Shown here one piece after another: positions 6,854 through 8,277 of a stretch of DNA of 8,277 nucleotides (its first letter is position 1; every line of letters begins with the position of its first letter). The notes under the pieces were generated by a model, which made no database searches, was not told the DNA's origin, and saw only the letters and a list, made by a program, of their open reading frames with translations. The DNA comes from a virus. Taxonomy: Duplodnaviria > Heunggongvirae > Uroviricota > Caudoviricetes. The stretch lies in IMG/VR virus record IMGVR_UViG_2534681993_000039, positions 1 to 8,277 of that record; one strand, 5' to 3'. The position numbers were made by a program, and so were the translations under genes.

Positions 6854-6888
6854 AACGCTGGGGGCATGGTGGTCTTGTAACGCTGGGG
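6854..6888 (+). repeat. 10-bp direct repeat AACGCTGGGG x2 in the C-int spacer
   Basis: Exact copies at 6854-6863 and 6879-6888; the second ends 8 nt before the int ATG and may supply its ribosome-binding site. Confidence 0.4.
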
Positions 6889-6896
6889 TTTCACGA

Positions 6897-7871
6897 ATGA
6901 GCATAAAATCAATTCCGGGAGGGTATCTTCTTGACATGCGCCCTGAGGGGCGTAAAGGCAAACGCATTCGCAAAAAATTTAAAACGAAATCGGATGCAGT
7001 TTTATATGAGCGGTGGGTGCTGGCGCAACAGCATAACAATGAGTGGAAAGGAAACTCCATTGATCGCCGTCCGCTGTCAGTGCTTATTGACTTGTGGTGG
7101 AAATACCACGGCCAGCTAATGAAGTCAGGGCATAACATGCGCCTTAAATTGCTGCGCTTGAGTGAGGCAATGGATGACCCGTGCGTGCATAAACTTAATA
7201 CAACGATGCTCACCGAGCTACGTGTGTCCAGGATAGAGCAGGGGATACAGCCCAGCACCATAAATCGAGAGATTGGGGCGTTAAGCGCGATGTTTACCGC
7301 ACTCATCTCATCCGGCCATTTTCTTAACGATAACCCCGTTCAAGGCCTTAAAGGAATGAAGGTTAACGAGCGCGAAATGGGATATCTGAGTAAGTCTGAA
7401 TGTGTTCAGTTGCTGGATGCACTGGCTGAAAATCCCGATGAACGGCTGGCTGTCGAAATCCTTCTGTCGACCGGGGCGCGATGGGGCGAGGTAGCGGCAC
7501 TGGAGCAGCGCCGTGTTCTTCATTGTCGAATCACTTTTTCAAAAACGAAGAACAGCAAAAACCGTACCGTTCCTATTTCTGAAAGCCTGTTTGAAAAGAT
7601 CAAAAAACGGGGCGGGAAACTGGTGTTTCCGACGCTGGATTATCCATTGGTTCGCGATGTCATCAAAACGGTCGCACCAGATGTTCCTGACGGCCAGGCT
7701 GTTCATGCGCTGCGCCACACCTTCGCCAGTCATTTCATGATGAACGGCGGCAATATTCTGACGCTCCAGAAAATTCTGGGGCACGCAAAGATTCAGACAA
7801 CGATGATTTATGCCCATCTTGCGCCGGATTACTTGCAGGATGCGGTGAGATTTAATCCTATTGCTGGGTAA
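6897..7871 (+). CDS. int: P2-like tyrosine integrase (325 aa)
   Basis: N-terminus MSIKSIPGGYLLDMRPEGRKGKRIRKKF and C-terminal catalytic region HALRHTFASHFMMNGGNILTLQKILGHAKIQTTMIYAHL (R, H-x-x-R, H, Y) follow P2 Int closely as I recall it. Start set at ATG 6897; the ORF-track start at 6747 overlaps the C gene and precedes the region of homology. Confidence 0.9.
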   Translation: MSIKSIPGGYLLDMRPEGRKGKRIRKKFKTKSDAVLYERWVLAQQHNNEWKGNSIDRRPLSVLIDLWWKYHGQLMKSGHNMRLKLLRLSEAMDDPCVHKLNTTMLTELRVSRIEQGIQPSTINREIGALSAMFTALISSGHFLNDNPVQGLKGMKVNEREMGYLSKSECVQLLDALAENPDERLAVEILLSTGARWGEVAALEQRRVLHCRITFSKTKNSKNRTVPISESLFEKIKKRGGKLVFPTLDYPLVRDVIKTVAPDVPDGQAVHALRHTFASHFMMNGGNILTLQKILGHAKIQTTMIYAHLAPDYLQDAVRFNPIAG

Positions 7872-7881
7872 GGAGGATGTT

Positions 7882-8277
7882 GTGGAAAAAACAGTTAATA
7901 GCGATTTGCATTTAGGTCAGTACTGGAGAATAGACATTGTATGCGATCCAGAACTTCGAGATGAGGTTGAGCAATATTTTTCTCTACACGATGTTGGTTT
8001 TAGCAAAATTGAAGTTTTTTCCGTCGAAAATCCATATAAACTTGCTCTGTTCTTTGATTTCGCGAAGAAGGGTGTGGAGGTTGCAAAAGCCATTATGGGA
8101 CTCTTAGACCGAAATGATATTGAAATAACGATGTATCGTGCTACGGACAGTAGCCCGCAGTCTGTAAAAAGCATCAAATTGCGTAAGTCTGAAGACGTAG
8201 AGAAATGTAAAGATTTGCTTAGTACGTGTGTCGCAATTGGCGTTCAACGAAATAAGGAAAAAGAGGGGAGCGAATGA
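7882..8277 (+). CDS. hypothetical AT-rich protein (131 aa) translationally coupled to int
   Basis: AGGAGG at 7871-7876 overlaps the int stop codon (TAA 7869-7871); GTG start at 7882, 5 nt downstream, in frame with the ORF-track reading. GC about 40% by hand count against 55-65% in int and A. No family recognised. Confidence 0.55.
   Translation: MEKTVNSDLHLGQYWRIDIVCDPELRDEVEQYFSLHDVGFSKIEVFSVENPYKLALFFDFAKKGVEVAKAIMGLLDRNDIEITMYRATDSSPQSVKSIKLRKSEDVEKCKDLLSTCVAIGVQRNKEKEGSE

Noticed and set aside
6747-6896. Integrase start at 6747 (374-aa form)
   Set aside because: Would overlap the last 100 nt of the C gene; homology to P2 Int begins at the ATG at 6897.
6848-7817. ORFs inside or antisense to int (6848-7306, 6931-7119, 7308-7523, 7513-7740, 7539-7817)
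   Set aside because: All lie within the well-supported integrase gene.
7861-7881. TTG at 7861 and out-of-frame ATG at 7877 as starts for the last gene
   Set aside because: TTG 7861 lies inside int with no ribosome-binding site. ATG 7877 abuts AGGAGG with zero spacing and is out of frame, giving a very short ORF. GTG 7882 fits the AGGAGG spacing.
7917-8177. - strand 86-aa ORF opposite the 131-aa gene
   Set aside because: Shorter, low-complexity Ser-rich translation, no start signal; the + strand ORF has a strong ribosome-binding site.
1-8277. CRISPR arrays, tRNA or rRNA genes, IS elements
   Set aside because: No regularly spaced direct repeats, no cloverleaf-like segments or transposase-like ORFs noticed. 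This was a by-eye scan, so small structured RNAs cannot be excluded.

Overview
This window reads as the lysogeny and early-replication end of a P2-like temperate element in an enterobacterial-type background (GC roughly 50-60% over most of the window, by eye). On the + strand at the right are a P2 C-like repressor (6539-6847), a P2 Int-like tyrosine integrase (6897-7871) and an AT-rich (about 40% GC by hand count) 131-aa unknown gene translationally coupled to int (7882-8277). Divergently, on the - strand, a tightly packed operon runs from a small DNA-binding gene in the Cox/Apl position (6442-6164), through several small unknown genes, to a 940-aa GpA-family rolling-circle replication initiator (4103-1281). 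Directly after it come an R1-type ParM actin-like ATPase (1204-245) and a short ParR-like protein (240-1). The 96-bp switch region between the divergent genes holds a perfect 20-bp palindrome and a related second site. I saw no rRNA, tRNA or CRISPR array. The two strongest candidates for something new are the ParMR module in a prophage accessory position and the AT-rich gene riding on the integrase. All homology statements come from reading the translations against families I remember; no database search was run.
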